From the NCBI GenBank assembly GCA_046290435.1, contig JBKAGO010000053.1, forward strand, positions 568 to 64,567: a DNA stretch of 64,000 nt, written 5' to 3'. This document shows positions 44,214 to 52,544 of this stretch, in pieces. Under the pieces are notes generated by a model. It saw only the letters and a list, made by a program, of their open reading frames with translations. It was not told where the DNA came from and made no database searches. Every line of letters begins with the position of its first letter. Position 1 is the stretch's first letter. This DNA comes from Acidimicrobiales bacterium. Its GTDB lineage: Bacteria > Actinomycetota > Acidimicrobiia > Acidimicrobiales > UBA8592. Position numbers and translations under genes: made by a program.

Positions 44214-45641
44214 ATGGATTCTGACGAGCTGGCGGTTGCCACCGCGTCGGCGGCAGCGGCCGCCGAGAGCGGTCACGGTGCAGACACCGAGCCGGGACCG
44301 AAGTCGAGCCTGCGCCGCTACGGGCTCAGCACGATCGTGTTGTTGTTCGCGCTGAACATGATCGACGAGTTCGACCGGGCCGTTCTGGCCGTGGGCCTCG
44401 ACGACATCCGCGACGACTTCGGCCTCAGCGACGCCACCGTCGGCCTGTTGCCCGCAGCCGTGATCTTCATCACCGGCCTCATCGCCCTGCCCGCGGGCAC
44501 CTGGGCCGACCGCTCCGACCGCAAGCGCATCCTCGGTGGCGGCGCGTTCGTGTGGGGTACCGCGGGCCTGCTGGCCGCCGGGGCGCAGAGCTTCCTGCAG
44601 CTGTTCCTCACCCGGGCGCTGCTGGGCTTCGGGCAGGGCACCATCGGCCCGACCCACATGTCGATCCTCTCCGACACCTACCCGCCGAGCGCTCGGGGCC
44701 GGGTGTTCGGCTACCACCGCGCGGCCAATCCGGCGGGTCAGGTCCTCGGCGCCCTGATCGGCGGGTTCATCATCGGTGCGGCCGGTTGGCGCTGGGGCTT
44801 CGCCGCGGCCGCCGTCCCGGGCCTGCTCCTGGCCGGCATCGCCATGGTCGTGTTGCGAGAACCACGCCGCGGCGAAGCCGATCTCGCCGAGGCCATCGAG
44901 CAGGACCCGCTGCTGTCGGCGTTCATGAGCGAACCCGACAACAAGGTCACCCTGCGGGCCAGCATCGGGCGCATCTGGAGCATCCGCACGCTGCGCTACT
45001 GCATCCTCGCAAACGCCACGTTCGGTTTCGCCCTGTTCGGCATGGTGTTCTTCCTGCCGGCATTCTTCGAGCGCAGCTTCGGCTTCAGCACCGAACAGGC
45101 CGGCGCCGCGCAGGCGACGATCGCACTCGCCACCTTCGTCGGCACCTGGTTCGGCGGGCCGCTCGCCGACCGCAACCTGCACCGCGGCTTCGGGTTCCTG
45201 TGCCAGGTGGGCGTGCTGAGCGCGCTGATCCTCGCCGTCGCCTGGCCGCTGGCGTTCGCCATCGCCGACCCCACCATCACCCTGACGCTGTTGACGCTCA
45301 GCAGCCTCGCATCGTCACTCGCGGTCCCCGGGGTCATCGCCATCGTGGCCGCTGCGGCACCTCCCGAGATCCGGGCCCAGACGTTCTCGTGCTTCGGTCT
45401 GGCGCTGTCGGTGTGCGGTGCGGCCACGGCACCGGTGCTGATCGGCCTGCTGTCGGAGTGGTTCCAGTCCTCGGGCATGAGCGAGGGCGACGCGCTGCGG
45501 TGGGCGATGTGCCTGCTGGTCGCGATCGTCATGGCCATCGGCAGCGCCATCATCATCGCGGCGTCGCGTCACGCGCAGCGCGACGTCGACAAGACGATCA
45601 GCGAGTTCCTGGCCGCCTACACCACGAGGGAACCTGCCTGA
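44214..45641 (+). CDS. MFS transporter (Spinster-like layout)
   Basis: ATG 44214 (GTG 44190 is an alternative). MIDEFDR, GTWADRSDRKR (the loop 2-3 MFS motif). About 12 TM segments. Confidence 0.85.
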   Translation: MDSDELAVATASAAAAAESGHGADTEPGPKSSLRRYGLSTIVLLFALNMIDEFDRAVLAVGLDDIRDDFGLSDATVGLLPAAVIFITGLIALPAGTWADRSDRKRILGGGAFVWGTAGLLAAGAQSFLQLFLTRALLGFGQGTIGPTHMSILSDTYPPSARGRVFGYHRAANPAGQVLGALIGGFIIGAAGWRWGFAAAAVPGLLLAGIAMVVLREPRRGEADLAEAIEQDPLLSAFMSEPDNKVTLRASIGRIWSIRTLRYCILANATFGFALFGMVFFLPAFFERSFGFSTEQAGAAQATIALATFVGTWFGGPLADRNLHRGFGFLCQVGVLSALILAVAWPLAFAIADPTITLTLLTLSSLASSLAVPGVIAIVAAAAPPEIRAQTFSCFGLALSVCGAATAPVLIGLLSEWFQSSGMSEGDALRWAMCLLVAIVMAIGSAIIIAASRHAQRDVDKTISEFLAAYTTREPA

Positions 45642-45716
45642 CCTCCGGCGGCGCGCCCCGCCGTGGTGACCGGGGGGCGGGGTTTGCCGCACGGTGGAGT
45701 CTGGCAGGATCAAGCG

Positions 45717-46580
45717 GTGAGCGATCCCGGCAAGCGCCCTGCGACGACGACCGCACGCCCGGTCGTCGTCACCCTTGCGCTGGGCGCATTCGCCGTGTCG
45801 TCGCTGCTCCTGGTCTTCGCATTCGCCGTGATCATCGGGCTGATCGGGCCCGATGGTTCCGGCGACGCCGTGGTCGCGTCCGGCGATGCGAGCGGGCTCG
45901 GCGAGCTCAGCGGGCTGGGCGATTCGTCGGTCGACGACGACACGCCGGCGGATCCCGACGCCCAGGCCGACGAGGTGGTCGCGGCTGCGGCCGAGGCGAT
46001 GGGGATGGTCACCAGCGCTGCGTTCGAGCTCGACCTCGACGGATCGCCGGTGTTCATCGATCAGTTCGGCTCCATCGCCGTGCGTTCGCTGATCGGCCAG
46101 TTCACGGTGCCGAACCGCGCCGTCGCCCGCCTCGACGTGGTGGTCGACGCCAGCCTCGCGACCCGCATCGGCGCCGTTGCGATCGACGAGGAGGTCTGGA
46201 TCTCGAACCCGGTGACGGGAACCTTCGAGACGCTCCCGCCGGGCTACGACATCGACCCGTCCCGGTTCTTCGATCCCACCGACGGCTGGCAGCCGCTGCT
46301 CGAGGGCCTCACCGACGTCGAGTTGGCGGGCATCGACGATCGTGGTGGCGATCGGTACCGCATCGTCGCCACAGCGCCGGCGGCGCTCGTGGCCGACATC
46401 ACCGCGGGCCTCGTCGACGACCAGAACGTGCCCATCGAGCTGTGGATCCACCCGGGCTCGTCGCTCGTCACCGCCGCCCGTCTCACCACCACGATCGACG
46501 ACGGTGAGACCACCTGGGACCTCGAGCTCGGCCGCTACGGCGAGACCTTCACCATCGATCCCCCCGAGGGGGTCTCGTGA
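45717..46580 (+). CDS. Membrane-anchored LppX/LprAFG-like (LolA-fold lipid-binding) protein, tentative
   Basis: GTG 45717 (the ORF-track start 45663 is an alternative). N-terminal TM VVVTLALGAFAVSSLLLVFAFAVIIGL, no lipobox Cys. The ~200-aa beta-rich ectodomain resembles the LprG family by eye. The stop overlaps the next gene's start (GTGA). Confidence 0.5.
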   Translation: MSDPGKRPATTTARPVVVTLALGAFAVSSLLLVFAFAVIIGLIGPDGSGDAVVASGDASGLGELSGLGDSSVDDDTPADPDAQADEVVAAAAEAMGMVTSAAFELDLDGSPVFIDQFGSIAVRSLIGQFTVPNRAVARLDVVVDASLATRIGAVAIDEEVWISNPVTGTFETLPPGYDIDPSRFFDPTDGWQPLLEGLTDVELAGIDDRGGDRYRIVATAPAALVADITAGLVDDQNVPIELWIHPGSSLVTAARLTTTIDDGETTWDLELGRYGETFTIDPPEGVS

Positions 46581-48901
46581 CCGGCACGCACACCGAGGAG
46601 CAGCCGACCCGGGCCGCCTCACCGGGACTGGTGCTGGCCGTCGTCGGGTTCAGCGTGTTCGTCGCCGCCGACGACCTCACCGTGGTGTCGACCATGCTGC
46701 GGCCCATCATCGGCGACCTCGGCCTGGTCCTGCCCGACGGTCTCGACGACGCCGCGTGGGTGGTCAACGCGTACCTCATCGCGTTCGTCGCGGCGATGCC
46801 CCTGGCCGGACGCATCAGCGACGTCATCGGCCGCCGGCGGACCTTCGTCGGCGCGTACCTGTGCTTCCTGGCGGGCACCGTCGTCATCCCGTTGTCGGTC
46901 ACCCTCGACGAGCCCTTCAGCTGGTTCGTCGTGGGTCGGGTGCTCTCCGGGATCGGGGGTGGCGCCATGGTGCCGGTCGCCCTGGCCGTCGTCGGCGACG
47001 CGTACGCCGAGGGTCGCCGGGCCCGGGCGCTGGGCACCCTGGGCGCGATCGAGACGATGGGCTGGGTGTGGGGTCCGCTCTACGGCGCGCTGCTGGTGCG
47101 GTTCCTGTCGTGGGAGTGGCAGTTCTGGCTCAACGTTCCCCTCGGCATCGTCGGCCTGGCAGCCGCTTGGTTCGTGCTCGGCGACCACGATCGCCCGCCA
47201 CAACGGGTGCCGGTCGACTGGCTCGGCGCGTCGCTGCTGACCGTGGCGCTGGTGTCGGTCAATGTCGCGCTGCTCGGTTCGGCGGAGATCCAGAGCGTGA
47301 CGGGTCTCGACGAGCTGACCGGCGGGTCGGGGCCCGACCTGCGTTGGCTGGGGGTGGTGGCGGTCGTCGCCGGTGCGGCGTTCGTGGTCCAACAAGCCCG
47401 CAGCGCCAACCCCCTCCTCGACCGGGGCCTGGTCCGGGGCCGCAACCTGGCGATGGCGCTGGTCGTCAACTTCGTCGTCGGCGCGGGCCTGGCCATCGCG
47501 ATGGTCGACGTGCCGTTGTTCGTCAACTCCGTCGAGATCGACCTCGAGCGTTCGGCGGTGATCGCCGGGTGGGTGCTCTCGGCGCTGACGGCGGCCATGG
47601 CGATCACCTCGTACCTCGGCGGACGCCTCACCGAGCGGACGTGGTACCGGCCGCCGGTGCTCGCGGGCGTCGCGCTGTCGACCGCAGCGTTCGCGTGGAT
47701 GGGTGCGACCTGGGACGCCGATGCGCCCTACGGCCTGTTCGCCGTGCAGCTGGCGATGCTCGGCGCCGGGTTCGGCCTCACGGTGGCCCCGACGACCGGT
47801 GCGGTGGTCGACGCCGCGCCGGCGCACCAGCGTGGCGCTGCGGCGTCGTTGGTGATGGTGGTCCGGCTGCTGGGCCTCAGCGTCGGGTTGTCGGCGCTGA
47901 CGGCGTGGGGCCTCGCCCGCTTCGAGGACCTCCGCTCGACCATCGTCCTGCCGGCCTTGACCGACCCCGGCTTCGACGAGGCCCTGCGCACCGCACAGGC
48001 CGACCTGACCGCGCAGGCCATCGCCGAGACCTTCACCGCGGCCGCCGTCGTGGTCGCCGTCGGCGTGATCGCCGCGCTGGCGATGCGGCGCCGACAACCC
48101 GCCCCGACCGACCACGGACCGATCACCACCGGAGCCCCCATGGACCCGACCCGTCCCGATCCCGACACCGCACCTGCGGCGCTCGGCCCCGACGACCCGA
48201 CCATCCCGATACCGGTCGGCGGCGCCGGGCCCGACCTCCGAGCGCCAGCGGGCCCGGACCGCCAGACCACGTTGCTGCTCGGGGCGATGGCGGTGGTCGT
48301 CGTCGTGGCCGCGGCTCTGGTGGCGGTGTTGGCGTGGCAGGTCGGCGCCACACGCGACGAACTCGATGCCACCCGTGCCGACCTGGCCCGGGTCGAGGCC
48401 GGCGCGGCGCTGTACGCCTCGCAGGTCGAGGGGTTCGCGAGCATCCTCACCGACCTGTCCCCCGAGGTCGAGTCGGGCCTCGACGCCGCCATCGAGGGCC
48501 TCGAGTCGTTCGGCACCTCGACCATCACGGTCGACATCAGCGTCGACGAGGAAGTACCGGTGTCCACCGAGATCGTCATCGACCGCGAGATCACGGTGCC
48601 CATCGAGACCACGATCCCCATCACCGAGACCTTCGACACCACCATCGAGGTCGACACACCCCTCGGGTTCTCGGTGCCCGTCGACGTGAGCGTCCCGGTG
48701 GACATCGAGGTCCCCGTCGATCTGGACGTGGTGATCCCCGTCAACGAGACGGTGCCCATCGACCAGACCTTCCCCCTCCAGCTCGACGTCCCGGTGACGA
48801 TCGACGTCTCGGGTACCGAGCTGGCCGATCTCGCGGCGTCGCTGGCCGACGGCCTGCGCTCGTTCCGCGACGCGCTGGGCGACCTCGAACAGCCCGGCTG
48901 A
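46577..48901 (+). CDS. MFS drug/lipid exporter (DHA2/EmrB-like, about 14 TM) with a 271-aa C-terminal extension
   Basis: GRISDVIGRRR MFS motif and a long TM core to about aa 500. This is followed by a Pro-rich linker, one more TM, a coiled coil and a V-P-V/I-D/E-rich module. Confidence 0.85.
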   Translation: MTGTHTEEQPTRAASPGLVLAVVGFSVFVAADDLTVVSTMLRPIIGDLGLVLPDGLDDAAWVVNAYLIAFVAAMPLAGRISDVIGRRRTFVGAYLCFLAGTVVIPLSVTLDEPFSWFVVGRVLSGIGGGAMVPVALAVVGDAYAEGRRARALGTLGAIETMGWVWGPLYGALLVRFLSWEWQFWLNVPLGIVGLAAAWFVLGDHDRPPQRVPVDWLGASLLTVALVSVNVALLGSAEIQSVTGLDELTGGSGPDLRWLGVVAVVAGAAFVVQQARSANPLLDRGLVRGRNLAMALVVNFVVGAGLAIAMVDVPLFVNSVEIDLERSAVIAGWVLSALTAAMAITSYLGGRLTERTWYRPPVLAGVALSTAAFAWMGATWDADAPYGLFAVQLAMLGAGFGLTVAPTTGAVVDAAPAHQRGAAASLVMVVRLLGLSVGLSALTAWGLARFEDLRSTIVLPALTDPGFDEALRTAQADLTAQAIAETFTAAAVVVAVGVIAALAMRRRQPAPTDHGPITTGAPMDPTRPDPDTAPAALGPDDPTIPIPVGGAGPDLRAPAGPDRQTTLLLGAMAVVVVVAAALVAVLAWQVGATRDELDATRADLARVEAGAALYASQVEGFASILTDLSPEVESGLDAAIEGLESFGTSTITVDISVDEEVPVSTEIVIDREITVPIETTIPITETFDTTIEVDTPLGFSVPVDVSVPVDIEVPVDLDVVIPVNETVPIDQTFPLQLDVPVTIDVSGTELADLAASLADGLRSFRDALGDLEQPG

Positions 48902-48980
48902 TCGCCGCGGGGTCGGCGGCGCGCCCGGGGCCATGGGCATCGCGGCCCAACAGAGGCGTCATACACGCTAGCCTCGTGGT

Positions 48981-49232
48981 ATGACGATGCTGAGCTTTCG
49001 AGTCGACGACGGCGATGCCGATCTGGTCCGGCAATGGGCCGACACCTTGGGGATCGACAAGTCACAGCTGCTGCGAGACGCGCTGCACCGCCACCTGGTT
49101 CGCCTGGCCTCCGAGAACGACGCCGCCACCTGGGCCGACCAGCCATTGCGCGACGAGGAAAGAGCGCTCGCTGCCATCGCCGACTGGGGCCCGGCCGAGG
49201 ACTGGAGCGACTGGGCCGATGCGGCGCGGTGA
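48981..49232 (+). CDS. Ribbon-helix-helix type II antitoxin
   Basis: 83 aa. MLSFRVDDGDADLVRQWADTLGIDKSQLLRDAL fits beta-alpha-alpha. It overlaps the downstream toxin gene by 14 nt. Confidence 0.7.
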   Translation: MTMLSFRVDDGDADLVRQWADTLGIDKSQLLRDALHRHLVRLASENDAATWADQPLRDEERALAAIADWGPAEDWSDWADAAR

Positions 49233-49527
49233 GATCTGGTTCGCCGATACTCCCGGCGGCGACCGTCCTGTACTGGTGCTGACGAGAGACCCGGTCGCTG
49301 ATCGGATCGGCTCCGTCGTCGTCGCTGCACTCACGCGCACGGTTCGTGGACTCGTCTCCGAGCTCGAGCTCACCGCTGCCGACGACGGCGTCCCGACCGA
49401 CTGCGTCGTCAACTTCGACAATCTGCACACGCTCCCCCGCGCCGCCTTCCGCCGACCGGTCACGATGCTCGGCGCGCCACGCCTCGCCCAGGCGTGTCAA
49501 CGACTCCGCGACGCCACCGGCTGCTGA
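49219..49527 (+). CDS. mazF: MazF/PemK-family type II toxin endoribonuclease
   Basis: ATG 49219. RGEIWFADTPGGDRPVLVLTRD...VVVAALT is typical of PemK/MazF. The upstream part of ORF 49015..49527 is rejected. Confidence 0.8.
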   Translation: MRRGEIWFADTPGGDRPVLVLTRDPVADRIGSVVVAALTRTVRGLVSELELTAADDGVPTDCVVNFDNLHTLPRAAFRRPVTMLGAPRLAQACQRLRDATGC

Positions 49528-49658
49528 ACGCGAACAACCCGCTGGAACGGTCGCTCCCGCTCGGCGACACTGCGCCATGGCCCGCAGCGACACCCCGGTC
49601 GACCCGGAGCAGCCTGGCGGGGCACGCGACTAGCGTCCGCGTCGTGGCAGACGATGCG

Positions 49659-50444
49659 ATGACGACCAGCGCCGCGAGCGCGAGCGTTCCGTTCGATCGG
49701 ATCGCCGAACGGTACGAGGCCACCCGCGGCGGGCTCGAGCGGGGGCGGCGCTTCGCCTCTGCCATGGCGCCCTACCTCACACCCTCGTCGACGGTGCTCG
49801 AGATCTGCGTCGGCACCGGCGCCATCGCGCAGCCCCTCGCCGATGCGGGCCACGCGGTGGTCGGGCTCGACCTGAGCCGGCCCATGCTCGACATCGCCGC
49901 CACACGCCTCCCGGGGATGTTGCTCCACGGCGACGCCACCGTATTGCCGATCACCGACCGGTCGGTCGACGCCGTGGTGGCGGTGTGGGCCGTGCACGTC
50001 GTGGGCGATTTCGATGCCCTGGTCGACGAGGTCCACCGTGTCCTGCGGCCCGGCGGGGTGTGGCTGGTGGTCTCGCCCACACCCGACGTCGACTCGAACG
50101 ACCTCACCGACATCGCCCATCGCTACGCGCAGGTGCTCGAGCGCGGCTGGGACCGCGCCCATCTGCTGGCCCCACGGTTGTCCGGAGCAGGCTTCGATCT
50201 CATCGACGACGTCGTCACCGGCGAACACCACTTCACCGAGAGCCCCACCGCACGCGCCGCTTCGATCGAGCGGCGCGAATGGTCGACCCTGTGGGACCTC
50301 GACGACGCCACGTGGGCCCGACTCGTCCAACCGGTCCTCGACGACCTCCGGGCCCTCCCCGAGCCAGACCGGCCCCGCGCCTGCGTCCACCGTCACCGCC
50401 TGTCGGTGTACCGCTCGACCCGGTCCACCGCCGATCAGAGCTGA
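49659..50444 (+). CDS. Class I SAM-dependent methyltransferase
   Basis: ATG 49659. Motif I VLEICVGTGAI, acidic loop VVGLDLS, motif post-II LRPGGVWLV. Confidence 0.8.
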   Translation: MTTSAASASVPFDRIAERYEATRGGLERGRRFASAMAPYLTPSSTVLEICVGTGAIAQPLADAGHAVVGLDLSRPMLDIAATRLPGMLLHGDATVLPITDRSVDAVVAVWAVHVVGDFDALVDEVHRVLRPGGVWLVVSPTPDVDSNDLTDIAHRYAQVLERGWDRAHLLAPRLSGAGFDLIDDVVTGEHHFTESPTARAASIERREWSTLWDLDDATWARLVQPVLDDLRALPEPDRPRACVHRHRLSVYRSTRSTADQS

Positions 50445-50456
50445 CCCCGCACCAGG

Positions 50457-52544
50457 TCAGGGAGCGGCCTGCTCCGCGGGCAGGTAGCGGCGTTCGAGCT
50501 CGAGGATCTCGTCGCGGACGTACACCGATCCCACCAGGGTGCCGGGCAGTTCCGACGGCCGGGCCTCGGTGCCGTCCCACGGGGTGCGGTCCCACACCCA
50601 ACGGAGCCACTCGCCGGGGCTGACGGCGAAGCGCGGCACCCACCACCACCGGTGCTCGTACGGGATCTCGGTGTAGCCGACCAGCTGTGAGCCGATGCCC
50701 TCGAGCTTCCAGTGCGGCAGGAACACCACGTCCTGGGTGGGCACGGGCCCGCCCGGCTCGAGCACGGCGTAGGTGCCGGTCGGGAAATCCCGTAGGTACC
50801 AGCCGTAGGGCCAGTAGACATCGGCGTCGATTGCGACCTCGAGGTGGCGGCCCTGCTCGGCGAAGACCAGCCGGTCGAGCAGCTCGAGGCGCTCGACCCA
50901 CGCCGGCACCTCCTCGGTGGCCTGGCCGGCCTGAACGAACAGCTCGCGGGGTTCTCCACCACGGACGTAGGCGGCCTGGTACGACGTCCACACCGTGAAC
51001 CCGAGCGCCACCACCAGCAACGTCGCCACCGGCACCGCCGCCACCGACCGGCGCCGCTCCCACAGCACCTGGACACCGAGACCGGCGAGCAGCACGAACG
51101 GCAGCAGCGGATGGATGACCAGCCACGGCATCCGCTCGCCTGCCCACGAATGGACGGCCAGACTGCCGACTCCCCAGAACACCAGGGTCTGGCCCACCAG
51201 GCCGGGCCGACGCAGGACCCACACGATGCCCACCACCGCGAGACCGACCACCAGCCACTCGTACGCCGGGATGAGCGCCAGGTAGTACTGCCAGCGGGCA
51301 TCGCCGCGCAGGGTGTCCTGTTCGCCGCGCCAGTACTCGAAGCCGGCCACCAGGCCGTTGCGGATCGCTCCGTAGGGCGCGGCCTCGGTGCCGGGGCCGT
51401 CGAACTCGGTGAAGAACTGTGTGAACAGCGCGACGAACAGCAGCGACGATCCCGCCACCGCGCCGGCCCACCACGCCGCGGGCACCGCAACGAGCGAGCG
51501 AAGCACCGGGACCGCTGCGAGATCGACGTCGCGCCGGCGGGCGCGCAGCAGCGCTGCGACGAGCATCGCCGTGAGGAACGCCCCGTACACGCCGAGGCTG
51601 ATGAAGATCGGCTCGCCGAAGAAGAAGGCGATGATCATGGCCACCAGCGCCACGACCAGCAGGAGCCGTCGCTGCCCCGCGCCGTCCATGCGGTCGAACC
51701 GATCCGCTCGCACCGCCGGCGCTGCGGGGTCGTCGGCGGGCTCGTCGGCGGCGAGCGCGGACGAACCTGCGACCAGCAGCTCCTGGGCGATCAGCGTCAG
51801 CGCATAGGCGCCGAAGACGAAGATCACCAGGAAGATCGACTCCTTCACCGCAGCCCCGGCCACCACCAGGCACAGCAGCGCCAGGGGATGCCACACCGCG
51901 GGCCGGCGCACGTAGCGGATCAACAAGATGACGATCACCAAGGTGATGGCCAGGAACAGCGAGTCCTCGCGGCCGAACCGGCTGAAGTACAGCATCGACG
52001 GGCTCACCGCCAACAGGATCACCGAGGCGACCGTCCCGACGTCGCCCAGATCACGTCGCCAGGCCCACACCAGGGCGACCACGGCGACACCCGACAGGGC
52101 GGCCCACATGCGCGCCGTCGTCTCGGACTCGCCGAACAGCCAGTAGAACCAGGCGGTCATGTAGAAGCGGAGGGGCCCGTGGTACACGGGGTCGTAGCCC
52201 TCGTAGGTCCCGATGAGATACCGCCACGAGAACCAGGCATCGAGGCTCTCGTCGTGGTGCAGCGGCCGATCGCCCAGCCCGGCGACCCGAGCGGCCAACG
52301 CCACCACGACGACGCCGATGACGATCACCCCGACGCGGCCCCACCCGGCAGTGGCGAACGGCGACGACCATCCGCCGGTCGGGCGGCCCTCGACGAGCAG
52401 GTGCTCGTCGGCAGCGTCACCATCGACATCGTCGAAGCCCGCATCGAGGTCGAAGCCGGCGTCGCGCGGGCTCTCGTCGAAACCGTCGAGGCGAAGCTGA
52501 CCCGGCACCTCAGGGTTCTCGGGAACGTCGGATGGTTCGGTCAC
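50457..52544 (-). CDS. TIGR03663-like GT-C-fold membrane protein (PMT_2-related putative glycosyltransferase)
   Basis: GTG 52544 overlaps the upstream stop (GTGA). Family hallmarks: a DE dipeptide (PLHHDESLDAW), an HGP tripeptide (PVYHGPLRFY), and FGREDS. About 14 TM. Confidence 0.8.
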   Translation of the reverse strand: MTEPSDVPENPEVPGQLRLDGFDESPRDAGFDLDAGFDDVDGDAADEHLLVEGRPTGGWSSPFATAGWGRVGVIVIGVVVVALAARVAGLGDRPLHHDESLDAWFSWRYLIGTYEGYDPVYHGPLRFYMTAWFYWLFGESETTARMWAALSGVAVVALVWAWRRDLGDVGTVASVILLAVSPSMLYFSRFGREDSLFLAITLVIVILLIRYVRRPAVWHPLALLCLVVAGAAVKESIFLVIFVFGAYALTLIAQELLVAGSSALAADEPADDPAAPAVRADRFDRMDGAGQRRLLLVVALVAMIIAFFFGEPIFISLGVYGAFLTAMLVAALLRARRRDVDLAAVPVLRSLVAVPAAWWAGAVAGSSLLFVALFTQFFTEFDGPGTEAAPYGAIRNGLVAGFEYWRGEQDTLRGDARWQYYLALIPAYEWLVVGLAVVGIVWVLRRPGLVGQTLVFWGVGSLAVHSWAGERMPWLVIHPLLPFVLLAGLGVQVLWERRRSVAAVPVATLLVVALGFTVWTSYQAAYVRGGEPRELFVQAGQATEEVPAWVERLELLDRLVFAEQGRHLEVAIDADVYWPYGWYLRDFPTGTYAVLEPGGPVPTQDVVFLPHWKLEGIGSQLVGYTEIPYEHRWWWVPRFAVSPGEWLRWVWDRTPWDGTEARPSELPGTLVGSVYVRDEILELERRYLPAEQAAP

